From an uncultured Candidatus Binatia bacterium (lineage in GTDB: Bacteria; Desulfobacterota; Binatia; UBA9968; JAJDTQ01), in NCBI GenBank assembly GCA_965213675.1, contig OZ243916.1, positions 3,584,001-3,648,000 on the forward strand: a stretch of 64,000 nucleotides of DNA, written 5' to 3'. A program made the translations under genes and the position numbers. The stretch's first letter is position 1. The number at the start of each line of letters is the position of its first letter. The notes under the pieces were generated by a model. That model searched no databases. It saw only the letters and a list, made by a program, of their open reading frames with translations, and was not told where the DNA came from. Below are positions 1 to 9,929 of this stretch, one piece after another.

Positions 1-2
1 AC

Positions 3-188
3 GGCATTCGCGACTTCATCGGCGCCGATACCCTTGCCTACCTGAGCCGCGAAGGTCTCTACGCCTTCTTCAAGGGCAGCGACGCAGGCTACTGCGACGC
101 CTGCTTCACCGCCAACTACCCCGTGCTGGCGGACGACAACGGCAAGACACCGCAGTTGCATCTGTTCGAGGCGGTTAGCCGCCGGTAA
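3..188 (+). CDS. purF: Amidophosphoribosyltransferase, C-terminal end (5' partial)
   Basis: Manual translation GIRDFIGADTLAYLSREGL...YCDACFTANYPV matches the PurF C-terminal IGADSLAYLS / CDACF motifs; TAA at 186-188. Confidence 0.85.
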   Translation, partial: GIRDFIGADTLAYLSREGLYAFFKGSDAGYCDACFTANYPVLADDNGKTPQLHLFEAVSRR

Positions 189-215
189 GACGATCTACCA
201 AGACTGCCGTCATGG

Positions 216-1982
216 CTAACCCGCACCGGGGTTCCGTTTGCCGCGCAGCTCTCCGGTCGCGTCTGGATCCAGCATGATCTCGCTTCTGTGAGGACGCACC
301 ACGACCCGGTAGTCACTCCGTGCCCTCTCCACCGACACGTACCTCTGCCGCACATCTTCCAGCACCGCCTCCGGACTGCGTTCGAAGGCTTCACCCACGC
401 CGCCGCCGCCCGGCCGCTCCACCCGCAGCACGTCGCCGCTCTTGAGTCGCTGGTCGCCGAAGCGCGACGGCATGCGGCGCTCGTCGGCACCGGGGTTGAT
501 GATGCAGGCGCCGGTGCCGCCGGGGTGGCCGCCGGCGATGCCCTGGGGGGCGAGGGCGTGCTTGTCGGTGCGCATGGAGAAGCGGACTTCGTCCTGGAGG
601 ATGCGGTACTCGCGGACGAAGCCGAGGCCGCCGCGGTGTCGGCCGGGGCCGCCGGAATCGGGCAGGAGCTCGAACCGCTCCACGCGGGTGGGAAACTCGG
701 ACTCGATGATCTCCACGGGGGCGATCTTGCCGTTGCTCAGGTGGAAGGAGGTGGCGGAGGCGCCGTCCTTGCCGTTTCTCCCACCGACGCCGCCGGCGAA
801 GATTTCGTACTGGACGTAGCTGCGCTTGCCGTCACGGGCGCGGCCGCCCAGGGCGATGGCGCCGCTGCCGGAGCCCTCGGCGATGGTCTTGTGGGGGACC
901 AGGGCGCCCATGGCCTGGAGCACGGCCTCGGCCACCACCAGCGCGGTGGGCATGTAGGCGTTCACCGCGGCGGGGAAGTCGGGGCACACCACGGTGCCTT
1001 GCCGGAAGCGCGTTTCCACCACCCGCGCCAAGCCTTGGTTGATGGGCAGGAAGGGATCGATGAGGGCGATGAGGCAGTAGTAGCAGCACGCCCGCACCAG
1101 CGGCGGCCGAATGTTGGCCGGGCCGGTGGTCTGGGGGCTGCATTCCGAGAAGTCGAACAGGATGCGGTCGCCGGACTTCTCCACGGTGACGCGGATGCGC
1201 ACGGGCCTGTCAAGGTCGATGCCGTCGTTGTCGACGCACGCCTCGCCGTGGTAGCGGCCGTTGGGCCAGGAGGCGATGACCTGCCGCAGCCGCAGCTCGG
1301 CGTGGCCCGCCAGCTCCTCGGTGGCGGCCGTGACCGTGGTCTTGCCGTACTTTTCCAGCAACTCGGCCATGCGCCGTTCGCCGAGCCGGTTGGCGCCCAC
1401 TTGGCCGCGGATGTCGCCCACCACCACTTCCGGCGTGCGGCTGTTGGCGTGGATGAACCATTCCAGCTCGGGCACCGGCCGGCCTGCGTCCATGAACTTC
1501 ACCGCCGGCAGATGCAGGCCTTCCTGGAAGATCTCCCGCGCCGTACCCGACCCGCTGCCGGGCACGGTGCCGCCGATATCGCTCTTGTGGGCCATGCTGG
1601 CGCAGAAGCCGACCCACTCACCCTGGTAGAAGACCGGTGTCAGCACACCCATGTCTGGCGCATGAGGGCTGCCGCCGCGGTAGGGGTGGTTGACGATGTA
1701 GGCGTCGCCCTCCCGCAACTCGTCCGGTGGAAACCGTTCGAGGAGTCCTTCCGCACAGGCTGGGAAGGCCCCCATGTGCAGCGGCAACACCACGTGTTGC
1801 GCGATGACCTCGGCCCGGGAGTTCAGAATGGCGCAACTGGCGTCATGGGATTCGCGGATGATGGTGGAGAAGCCCGTGCGGAACAGCGATGTCTGCATCT
1901 CCTGGACGATGCCGTCCATGGCCGCGCGGATGACCTGCACGGTGATGGGGTCGGGCGCCACGAGTTCGAGGGGCGGTGCCAT
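216..1982 (-). CDS. Hydantoinase B / oxoprolinase family protein (second paralog)
   Basis: DPIT.QV...EMQTSLFRTGFSTIIRESHD, NHPY.GGSPHAPD, HKSDIGG, PGGGG.G motifs; ATG 7 nt after upstream stop. Confidence 0.9.
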   Translation of the reverse strand: MAPPLELVAPDPITVQVIRAAMDGIVQEMQTSLFRTGFSTIIRESHDASCAILNSRAEVIAQHVVLPLHMGAFPACAEGLLERFPPDELREGDAYIVNHPYRGGSPHAPDMGVLTPVFYQGEWVGFCASMAHKSDIGGTVPGSGSGTAREIFQEGLHLPAVKFMDAGRPVPELEWFIHANSRTPEVVVGDIRGQVGANRLGERRMAELLEKYGKTTVTAATEELAGHAELRLRQVIASWPNGRYHGEACVDNDGIDLDRPVRIRVTVEKSGDRILFDFSECSPQTTGPANIRPPLVRACCYYCLIALIDPFLPINQGLARVVETRFRQGTVVCPDFPAAVNAYMPTALVVAEAVLQAMGALVPHKTIAEGSGSGAIALGGRARDGKRSYVQYEIFAGGVGGRNGKDGASATSFHLSNGKIAPVEIIESEFPTRVERFELLPDSGGPGRHRGGLGFVREYRILQDEVRFSMRTDKHALAPQGIAGGHPGGTGACIINPGADERRMPSRFGDQRLKSGDVLRVERPGGGGVGEAFERSPEAVLEDVRQRYVSVERARSDYRVVVRPHRSEIMLDPDATGELRGKRNPGAG

Positions 1983-1989
1983 GTCCCCG

Positions 1990-3777
1990 TCAGTGATTTC
2001 CACCAACCCGCGCCCGTTCCCGCCGCACGGTCGCCGTCCGCGCTTTGTCCAGCACGAAACCACCGTCCGCGTCCTCCACCGCCACGCCGTACACGTCCAG
2101 CGCTTTCTCCGCCGACACGTAGCCGTTCTTCACGTCCCGCATCACGGCTTCGGCATCCCGTTCCAGCGGCTCCCCGAGGCCGCCGCCTCCGGGGGTCTCC
2201 AGACGGAAGACGTCGGCCTGGCGCACGGCGACATCCGAGCACCGGGAGGGGATTTCCCGTTCTTCCCGCGAGCCGGGGTTGAGGATGCCCTTGCCGGTGC
2301 GGCCGTTGCCGCCGCCTTCGACGCCCTTGGGCGCCACTACGTGCTTGGTGGAGCGGAGCGAGAACCGGCCCTCGGGGTTCAGGAACTCGTACTCCCGGAC
2401 GAAGCCCAGGCCGCCGCGGAACCGGCCGGCGCCGCCGGAGTCGCGCACCAGCTCGAAGCGCCGCAGCCGGGTGGAGAATTCGGACTCGATGATCTCGATG
2501 GGGGCGATGCGGGCGTTGGACTGGTTGACGTTGGTGCCGGACACGCCGTCCTTGCCGGTGCGGGCGCCGGAACCGCCGCCGAAGATCTCGTACTGGACGT
2601 AGCTGCGGCCGGTCTTCTCGTTCCTGCCGCCGATGATGATGGAGCGGCTGGCGCAGCCGTCGGCGATCTTCTTGACCGGGGTGAGCCGGCTCAGGGCCTC
2701 GAACAGGGCCTCCACCAGGGCGTGGACCGTGGGGTTGTAGGTGTTCACCGGCGCCGGGAAGCGGGGGTTGAGCACGCTCCCCTCGGGGCAGTTGACCTCC
2801 ACAACCCGGGCCAAGCCCTGATTGGTGGGAAGCGCCGGGTCGGTGAGGGCCGTGAGGCAGTAGGAGCACGCCGCCCGCACCACCGACGGCCGGATGTTGG
2901 CCGGGCCGCGGGTCTGGTCGGCGCTGCCGGTGAAGTCGAACAAGAGCCCGTCGCCCTTCTTGTCGATGCGCACCCGGATGCGCACTGGCTTGTCCAGGTC
3001 GATGCCGTCGCTGTCCAGGAAGCGCTCGCCCTCGGCGTTGCTGTCCGGCCAGGTCGAGATCTCCTTGCGCACCCGCTCCTCGGTGAGTTGGAACAGGCGG
3101 TCGTAGCAGGCCAGTACGGTCTCCCGGCCGTACTTGGCCATCATCTCGCCGAAACGCCGCTCGCCCAGGCGCGCCGCCCCCACCTGCCCGCGGATGTCGC
3201 CCACCACCAGCTCCGGGGTGCGGCTGTTGCAGCCGATGATCTCCTCGATGTCCTTGCTGGTCCGGAATCGGTCGATGTACTTCACCGGCGGCACCTGGAG
3301 CCCCTCCTGGTACACCTCCCGGGCCTGGCTCCAGCAGCTCCCCGGCACCGGCCCGCCGATGTCGCTCTTGTGGGCCATGGTGGCGGAGAAACCCACCCAT
3401 TCGCCGTCGAAGAAGATCGGCGTCATCACGCACATGTCCGGGGCGTGGGGGCTGCCGCCAAGGTAGGGGTGGTTGGTGATGTAGGCGTCGCCCTCGTGGA
3501 TGTCCTCCGGCGGATAATTGCGCAGCACCCCCTGGGCGCAGGCCGGGAACGCTCCCATGTGCAGCGGCAGCACCACGTGCTGGGCCGCCACCTCGCCGTC
3601 GCAGGTGAGAAGCGCGCAACTCGCATCCTGGGACTCGCGGATAATGGTGGAGAACCCGGTGCGGAAGAGCGAGTTCTGCATCTCCTGCACGATGCCCGCC
3701 AGCCGCGCCTGGATTACCTGGAGGGTGATGGGGTCCGCGGAGGCCGGGTTTGCCGCGCTGGATTCCGGATGTGTCAT
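1990..3777 (-). CDS. Hydantoinase B / oxoprolinase family protein (first paralog)
   Basis: Same motif set (NHPYLGGSPHAPD, HKSDIGG, DSGGAGRFRGG, TPGGGGLG); start MTHPESS. Confidence 0.9.
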   Translation of the reverse strand: MTHPESSAANPASADPITLQVIQARLAGIVQEMQNSLFRTGFSTIIRESQDASCALLTCDGEVAAQHVVLPLHMGAFPACAQGVLRNYPPEDIHEGDAYITNHPYLGGSPHAPDMCVMTPIFFDGEWVGFSATMAHKSDIGGPVPGSCWSQAREVYQEGLQVPPVKYIDRFRTSKDIEEIIGCNSRTPELVVGDIRGQVGAARLGERRFGEMMAKYGRETVLACYDRLFQLTEERVRKEISTWPDSNAEGERFLDSDGIDLDKPVRIRVRIDKKGDGLLFDFTGSADQTRGPANIRPSVVRAACSYCLTALTDPALPTNQGLARVVEVNCPEGSVLNPRFPAPVNTYNPTVHALVEALFEALSRLTPVKKIADGCASRSIIIGGRNEKTGRSYVQYEIFGGGSGARTGKDGVSGTNVNQSNARIAPIEIIESEFSTRLRRFELVRDSGGAGRFRGGLGFVREYEFLNPEGRFSLRSTKHVVAPKGVEGGGNGRTGKGILNPGSREEREIPSRCSDVAVRQADVFRLETPGGGGLGEPLERDAEAVMRDVKNGYVSAEKALDVYGVAVEDADGGFVLDKARTATVRRERARVGGNH

Positions 3778-3788
3778 GGTCTGCTCCG

Positions 3789-5858
3789 TTACCCCTTCAC
3801 CGTGATGATCAGGTTCCTGTAATCGTCCACCCGCGCCTGCTGCTCGGGGTGGATCACCGTGGTGGTGTCCATCTGCTCCACCACCGCGGGGCCTGCCAGC
3901 GTGTGCCCCGGTTCCAGGCGGTCGCGGTCGTAGATGGCGCAATCCCGGAAGCCCAGGTCACGGCCGAAGTAGATGCGCCGTTCTCCGGTACGGGCTTGGT
4001 CCACGCTCGCTCCGGTGGCCGTGAACGGCGACAGCCGGGTCTGTGGCACGCGCCCCTCGGACACCAGCCGCACACTCACCAGCTCCACCGGCTCGGACTC
4101 GGCCTTGTGGCCGTGGGCCTGTTCGTGGACCTCGTGGAAGCGCTGCTGCGCCAGCTCCATGTCCTCGGGCTTCAGCGGCGGGTACGGGCAGGGCACGGTC
4201 AACTCGTAGCCCTGCCCGGCGTAGCGCAGGTCCAGGTAGGGCGTCAGCACGATGTCCCCGTCCGAGAACCCCTCTCCGGACAACTCCTCGCGCGCCTGCC
4301 CCATGAGCTGGTCGAACAAGGTGTTGATGTCGTCCGGCTCCAGCTCCTGCATGGGCGCCAGCTTGGAGCGCACGTGGTCGTGCTTCACGTCCGACATGAG
4401 CAGCCCCAGGGCGGAATTGACTCCCGGCGTGAGCGGCACCAGCAGCGTCGGGATGCCCAGGTCCAGCGCCAGCCGGCCGGCGTGCATGGGGCCGGCGCCG
4501 CCGAAGGCCACCAGGGTGAACTCCCGGATGTCGTAGCCGCGCTGCGACGACACCGCCTTGATGGCTTCCTCCATCTTGACGTTGATGATCCGGAGAACGC
4601 CGTCCGCGGCCTCGTGGAGGCTTAGTCCCAACGGCTTGGCTATTTTCTCCTCCACCAGCGATTCTGCCTTGGCCTTGTCGAGGGTGAGGCGCCCGCCGAG
4701 GAAGTGGTCGGGGTCCAGCACCCCCAGGATGACGTTGGCGTCGGTGACGGTGGCATTTTCGCCGCCCCGGTCGTAGCAGATGGGGCCGGGGTCGGCGCCG
4801 GCGCTGTCGGGTCCCACCTGGAGCGCCCCCACCGAGTCGATGCGCGCGATGGTGCCGCCGCCCGCGCTCACCGTGTGGATATCCAGCATGGGCAGGCTGA
4901 TGGGCCGCTGGCTGATGCGTCCCTGGGTGGTGACCACCGGGCGGCCCTGGTGGATCAGCGCCACGTCGCAGCTGGTGCCGCCCATGTCGAAGGTGATGAT
5001 GTTGTCGATGCCGACCTTGCCGCTGGCGCCAAGGGACGAGATGACGCCCCCCGCGGGGCCGGAGAGCACCGTGGCCACGGGGATGCGCGCCGAAGTCTTG
5101 AAGGTGGAGACGCCGCCGTTGGACTGCATGATATAGAGCTGCGGCGTAGCCACGCCCATCTCCCGCAGGCGGTCCTCCAGAAGACCCAGGTAGCGGCTCA
5201 TCACGGGCGCGATGTATGCGTTGATCACCGTGGTGCTCATGCGGTAGAACTCGCGGATCTGCGGCAGCACTTCGCACGAGAGCGACAGGCTCGCCTCCGG
5301 GAATTCCTCGGCCATGATCTTCTTGATGGCCAGTTCGTGGTCCAGATTCAGGAAGGAAAAGAGAAAGCACACGGCCACGGACTCGACGCCCTTGGCCTTG
5401 AGCCGGCGGACCGCTTCCGCCGCCTGCTCCGGGTCCACCGGCGTCAGCGCGTTGCCCTGGAAATCCACCCGTTCGCGGACCTCCTCGGTGGTGTAAGGAG
5501 TGGCCAGCAGGCGGGGTTTCTCGAAGAAGAGGTCGTAGGTGACCGGACCGTAGCCCCGGCTCTGCTCCATGACCTCGTAGATGCCGCGGAAACCCTCGGT
5601 GACCAGCAGCCCGGTGACCGCCCCCTTCTCCTCCAGCAGCGCGTTGGTGCCCACGGTGGTGCCGTGGGAGAAGAAGCTGACGTCCCCGGCCGGGACGCCC
5701 TGGTCGAGCAGCTCCTGGACCCCGTTGAGCACCGCCTGGAACGGCTCCCTGGGGGTCGACGGCACCTTGGTGATGCTGATCTCGCCGCTGTCCTCGTTGA
5801 AAAAAACGAAGTCGGAGAAGGTTCCTCCGGTGTCCACCGCTACTCGATATCGCGCCAT
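3789..5858 (-). CDS. Hydantoinase A / oxoprolinase family protein
   Basis: VDTGGTFSD, HGTTVGTNA, LSGPAGG, DMGGTSCDV, SAGADPGP, FGGAGPMHA motifs. Confidence 0.92.
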   Translation of the reverse strand: MARYRVAVDTGGTFSDFVFFNEDSGEISITKVPSTPREPFQAVLNGVQELLDQGVPAGDVSFFSHGTTVGTNALLEEKGAVTGLLVTEGFRGIYEVMEQSRGYGPVTYDLFFEKPRLLATPYTTEEVRERVDFQGNALTPVDPEQAAEAVRRLKAKGVESVAVCFLFSFLNLDHELAIKKIMAEEFPEASLSLSCEVLPQIREFYRMSTTVINAYIAPVMSRYLGLLEDRLREMGVATPQLYIMQSNGGVSTFKTSARIPVATVLSGPAGGVISSLGASGKVGIDNIITFDMGGTSCDVALIHQGRPVVTTQGRISQRPISLPMLDIHTVSAGGGTIARIDSVGALQVGPDSAGADPGPICYDRGGENATVTDANVILGVLDPDHFLGGRLTLDKAKAESLVEEKIAKPLGLSLHEAADGVLRIINVKMEEAIKAVSSQRGYDIREFTLVAFGGAGPMHAGRLALDLGIPTLLVPLTPGVNSALGLLMSDVKHDHVRSKLAPMQELEPDDINTLFDQLMGQAREELSGEGFSDGDIVLTPYLDLRYAGQGYELTVPCPYPPLKPEDMELAQQRFHEVHEQAHGHKAESEPVELVSVRLVSEGRVPQTRLSPFTATGASVDQARTGERRIYFGRDLGFRDCAIYDRDRLEPGHTLAGPAVVEQMDTTTVIHPEQQARVDDYRNLIITVKG

Positions 5859-5890
5859 CGGAGTTGCGTTAACACGATCCGTCAGGGGGT

Positions 5891-6158
5891 TCAAATCGGG
5901 CGGTCCTGGCCGCGCTTGGCGTAGGAACCGCCGCACACGCGGCATTTGAACAGGCCCGACAGCAGGTAGCGGGGACGATGGGTGCTGTTGAGGCGGTTGG
6001 CATGAGCCGCGCGCGTGGCCGCGATGGACGTGGCGTATTTCTCGAAGATTTCCCCCTGCCGGGCCTTCGCGGCCTGCCACAGTTCGTCGTCCACGATGCG
6101 AAGCTCGGGAACCTCGGCGACGATCCACTCCTCGGGCGGGTTGAGGCGCGCGACCCGC
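5891..6158 (-). pseudogene. Large serine recombinase fragment (recombinase domain end plus Zn-ribbon start)
   Basis: RVARLNPPEEWIVAEVPELRIVDDELWQAAKARQ...RPRYLLSGLFKCRVCGGSY; no catalytic N-terminus, cut at the palindromic element. Confidence 0.75.
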
Positions 6159-6316
6159 TGGTGTCTGGATAATTCGCGTCATAAACTGCGGGTCTTTTTC
6201 GCCGTCGGCTGCGTTGCTCTTCCTCGCGTGGTACCCGCCACTGCTCGTCATCGCGCCTTGCCGACGACAAAAAATCCTCCGCAGATTATGACGCGTATTA
6301 ACCAGACACCACACTA
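6159..6316. repeat. ~160 bp palindromic MITE-like element, copy 1 (left tip truncated)
   Basis: Near-identical to 48064-48225; terminal IR TGGTGTCTGG.TAAT.CGCGTCATAA / TTATGACGCG.ATTAACCAGACACCA. Confidence 0.85.
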
Positions 6317-8884
6317 ACCGTCGGCGGCGGACAGGGCTCGCCGCAACAAGACGCACAGGCGGCGCAGGCTGAGACACCCGCCTGCGTCTCCGACGCCCTG
6401 CTGGCCGACGCCCAGAAGGCTGCGGGCGAGACCTGGCGGACGTCGCCGGGCCATGTCGAGCGCTGGAGCCGGGTGCTGGCCGCCTTCGGGGAGGAGAACA
6501 GCTACAGCAACCACCCGATGACCGTTGCCGAGGCGCAGGCGCAGGCGGACCGCGGCCTGCAGCGCTGGGCGCCGGTGGCGCCGGCGCTCCAATGCCTGGC
6601 GGCGGCACCGCAGGAACAGCCGGAACCGGCTGAGGTCCAGCCGGCCACGCCCGGCACGCCCGGCACCCCCGGACTGAGCCTCTCGGCGGGGTCCGCCGTG
6701 GAAGAGGGCGGTACTGCCACCTTCACCGTCAGGGCCGACCCGGCTCCGGCCTCCGACCTCACGGTCACCTGGACCGTCGCCCAGAGTGGCGAGTATCTGG
6801 CCGCGCCCGGCGCGGGCAGCCGGACGGTGGTGCTGACCGCAGGGGCTACCAGCGCCGACCTTTCGGTGGCGACAGTGGACGATGCGGCGGACGAGGCCGA
6901 CGGCTCGGTGTCCGTCACCCTCGGCACGGGCACGGGCTATACCGTGGCCACGGGCAAGGGCAGCGCCGCGGTGGCGGTGCGCGACAATGACGAGCCGGTG
7001 GTGAGCATCGCCGCCGGCAGCGGAGTGGCGGAAGGCGCCTCGGCGTCGTTCACGGTCTCGGCGAGCCCGGTGCCAGCCGCACCGCTCGACGTGACCCTGA
7101 CCGTCGGCCAGAGCGGCGACTTCGCCGCCTCGGGCGCGACCGGATCGCGGACGGTCACCATCCCGGTCACGGGCAGCGCCACCTTCGAGGTCACCACGGT
7201 GGATGACGGCACGGACGAGCCGGACGGCTCGATCACGGCAACTGTCGATACCGGCACGGGCTACACGGTGGCGGCATCGCCGGACAACGCGGCCACGGTG
7301 GCGGTGTCCGACAACGATGCGGCGTCCTCGGGTCCGACGATCTCGATTGCCGATGCCACGCTCAAGGAGAACGGAATAACGGGGAATTTCAAGGTGACGT
7401 TGAGCGAGCCGGTGGACTGGCCGGTCGTCGTCTACTACGCGACGCGGGATTCAACGCCGGTGTCGGCCGTGGCGGGCCAGGACTACCTGGCGTGGAAGCG
7501 GTCCTGGCGGCTGCGGGCCCGGTTCAGGCCGGGGCAGACGGAAACGCTGATCCACGTCCGCCTCTACAACGACAGCCATGACGAGGGTCCGGAGACCTTC
7601 GAGATGGTGCTGTTCGACGCGTCCGTGAACGGTCCGCCCGGGGTGTCGGTGTCGATTGCGGACGGGGTTGCCGTGGGCACCATCACCAACTCGGACCCGA
7701 TGCCGGCGGCATGGCTGGCGCGTTTCGGTCGCACGACGGCGGAACAGGCGCTGGACGGCATAGCCGGGCGCATCGCGGCGTCGCGCGACGCCGGGGTGCA
7801 GGGCACCATCGCCGGACAGGCGCTGGGCTTCGATCCCCGCTCCTCCGGCTCGCAGGCAGGCCCCGACGGATCGGTTGGCGCAGCGAGCGGGAATGCTGCC
7901 CCTGGCAGCCTGTCCGGCACTGGCCGGCTGGTGCAGACCGATGTCGCCCGCGGCCGTTTCGGCGCTGGCGGTGCGGGATCGGCATTGGGCCATGACACTC
8001 ATGGCTTCGCTTTCGGCAGCAGCGGGGCGCAGTCCTACTCGATGACGGCCCGGGAAGCCTTGCTGGGCAGCAGCTTCACGGCGACCGGGGAGAAGGACGG
8101 CATGGGCGGCAGCGTGGCCTTCTGGGGCCGGGCAGCGCAGTCGAGCTTCGACGGCCGCGAGGGGACGTTCTCGCTCGACGGCGAGGCCACCACGGCCATG
8201 CTGGGAGCCGACTATGGGCGCGGCAACTGGCTGGCCGGACTGGCCCTGATGCGGAGCAGCGGGGATGGCGGCTATGCCGACAGCGGGTCGGGGTCCGGGG
8301 CAGGCAACGGTACGGATTTCATGGGCTGCCCTCAACCTTCGGATGCCGAAGCGCGGAGGGTCGTGTGCAGCGGCGCCGTGCGGGAGGGCGATGGTGAGGT
8401 GGAGGCGTCGCTGACGGCGGCGGTTCCCTATGCCGCGCTCCGGGTCTCGGAGCGGCTGAAGCTCTGGGGCGCGGTGGGCTATGGCGCCGGCGACGTGACG
8501 CTCGAGCCGGAGGTAGGCGGTTCCCTCACCTCCGACATCTCCTGGACCATGGCGGCGGCTGGCCTGCGCGGCGACGTGATCGCGCCCCCGGCGGAAGGGT
8601 CGGGTCCCGCACTGGCGGTGACCTCGGACTCGCTCTGGGCGCGCACCAGCTCGGACAAGACCCACGAGCTGGCGGCGTCCGATTCCGACGTGACGCGCTT
8701 CCGGCTCGGTCTGGAGGGAAGCTGGAAGGCCGCGCTGGCGCGGGGCAGCCATGTGACGCCCAAGCTGGAGCTGGGCATGCGCCAGGACGGCGGCGATGCC
8801 GAGACCGGCTTCGGGGTGGAAGTCGGCGGCGGCCTGGCCTGGGTCAACCCGACCCTGGGCCTCTCCCTGGACCTTTCGGGCCGG
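6317..8884 (+). pseudogene. Calx-beta-repeat autotransporter-like surface protein, truncated at both ends
   Basis: Frame open from the MITE edge (in-frame TAA at 6299, no signal peptide); Calx-beta repeats (TVDDAADEADGSVSVTL, TVDDGTDEPDGSITA), NSDPMPAAWLARFGRT linker, barrel strands that break off after GLSLDLSGR. Confidence 0.75.
7557..8627 (+). repeat. ~1.07 kb direct repeat, copy 1 (linker plus N-terminal barrel region)
   Basis: Matches 11751-12821 at offset 4194 with scattered substitutions. Confidence 0.95.
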
Positions 8885-9045
8885 AAGTCACGACCCAGTG
8901 GTGAGGGGGGAACCGGGGGGATAGCCGATGGGGGGCGGCGGGAGACCGTGCTGGCCCAGATTCCTGATGAACCCGCGGCGGGGCCTTCATGGAACCGCCC
9001 CCGTGGCGCAGCATGCCGGAATGCCCGCAGTACCCGGCAGCCCTT

Positions 9046-9120
9046 TTGGCCCAGGCCACCCGCGCCACCCATCCTGACGCCACACTCGCCGACCTTTACG
9101 ATCCCGACTCCATGCCGCCA
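9046..9120 (+). pseudogene. Remnant of type IIL (MmeI-like) restriction-modification enzyme C-terminus
   Basis: LAQATRATHPDATLADLYDPDSMPP resembles the MmeI-family TLADLYDPxxMP motif. Confidence 0.55.
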
Positions 9121-9211
9121 GCAGGCCTGATCGACGCCTGCGATTTGTCTACTATGGGAAAGGGAAAACAAGACGATGTTTTTCGTCCCTGCACGTTTCC
9201 GTTGGTTGGGC

Positions 9212-9610
9212 CTACACGAAGACCGAGGGTGAGACCCCAAAACGCTTTGATAAGGCGCGAATCTGCCTGACGTTCAGGTCCCGTTTACCGTTCAGAATCT
9301 CCGAAACGACCCCTTGGGACCCGATCTCCGGCAAGTCCGACTGGGTCAGATTGTGCTCTGCCATGAAGAATCGCAGCACATCCGCTCCTCCGCATTCCGG
9401 CATCGCGTGGTGTTGTTCCTCCCAGGCGTGCAGCACGGTGCCGAGCGTATCCAGCAGAGAATAGAGCGGATGCCGCTCATCGGTGCCTACCTCATCAAGG
9501 AGAGTATTGAGGTGCTCCACGGCCACATCATAATCCTGTTCGTTGCGAATCTTGAACAAGTCGCTCACGTGGGGCCAGGATCGCTGAATCTGTGGGCTTA
9601 TGGCATTCAT
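9212..9610 (-). CDS. higA: HigA-type HTH antitoxin
   Basis: LRFFMAEHNLTQSDLPEIGSQGVVSEILNGKRDLNVRQIRALSKRF; ATGA overlap with the toxin stop. Confidence 0.88.
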   Translation of the reverse strand: MNAISPQIQRSWPHVSDLFKIRNEQDYDVAVEHLNTLLDEVGTDERHPLYSLLDTLGTVLHAWEEQHHAMPECGGADVLRFFMAEHNLTQSDLPEIGSQGVVSEILNGKRDLNVRQIRALSKRFGVSPSVFV

Positions 9611-9894
9611 GTCATCCATCCTCCGCGGTCATAAGCTTGGTGCGTCAGTACGTGGCGAATGTACACCTTTCCCCGATTGAAGTGCAGGGATGCAATCAGA
9701 CGGTACTTGTTCCCGGCAATATTGAACACGACATACTCTCCAACCTTATCAGCCGAAGGAAACGTACGGCGTAGTGCCGTAAAGTTGCGAAATCGCGTTT
9801 GCCGCATAATTTTGAACCAGCGGCCCAGAGGCTCCTCACTGTCGCGATGCTGTACCCAAAACGCCTGAAGAGCTTTGCGCGAAATGATGTGCAC
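9607..9894 (-). CDS. higB: HigB-type mRNA interferase toxin
   Basis: GTG start MHIISRKAL.AFW; FPSADKV, VFNIAGNKYRLI, IRHVLTHQAYD. Confidence 0.9.
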   Translation of the reverse strand: MHIISRKALQAFWVQHRDSEEPLGRWFKIMRQTRFRNFTALRRTFPSADKVGEYVVFNIAGNKYRLIASLHFNRGKVYIRHVLTHQAYDRGGWMT

Positions 9895-9900
9895 GAGATC

Positions 9901-9929
9901 AGCATATCTCAAGCCGAGATATACCGCAA
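9901..9929 (-). promoter_or_regulatory. higBA sigma70-type promoter with palindromic operator
   Basis: TTGCGG-N17-TATGCT; inverted repeat ATATCTC-N5-GAGATAT at 9904-9922. Confidence 0.6.

Noticed and set aside
288-5924. Long plus-strand ORFs (664, 682, 406 aa and others) over the hydantoinase genes
   Set aside because: Antisense shadows of real genes in high-GC DNA; no motifs
5859-6608. 250-aa N-terminal extension of hydantoinase A (939-aa ORF)
   Set aside because: Read-through across the recombinase relic and MITE; family homology begins at MARYRVAVD (5858)
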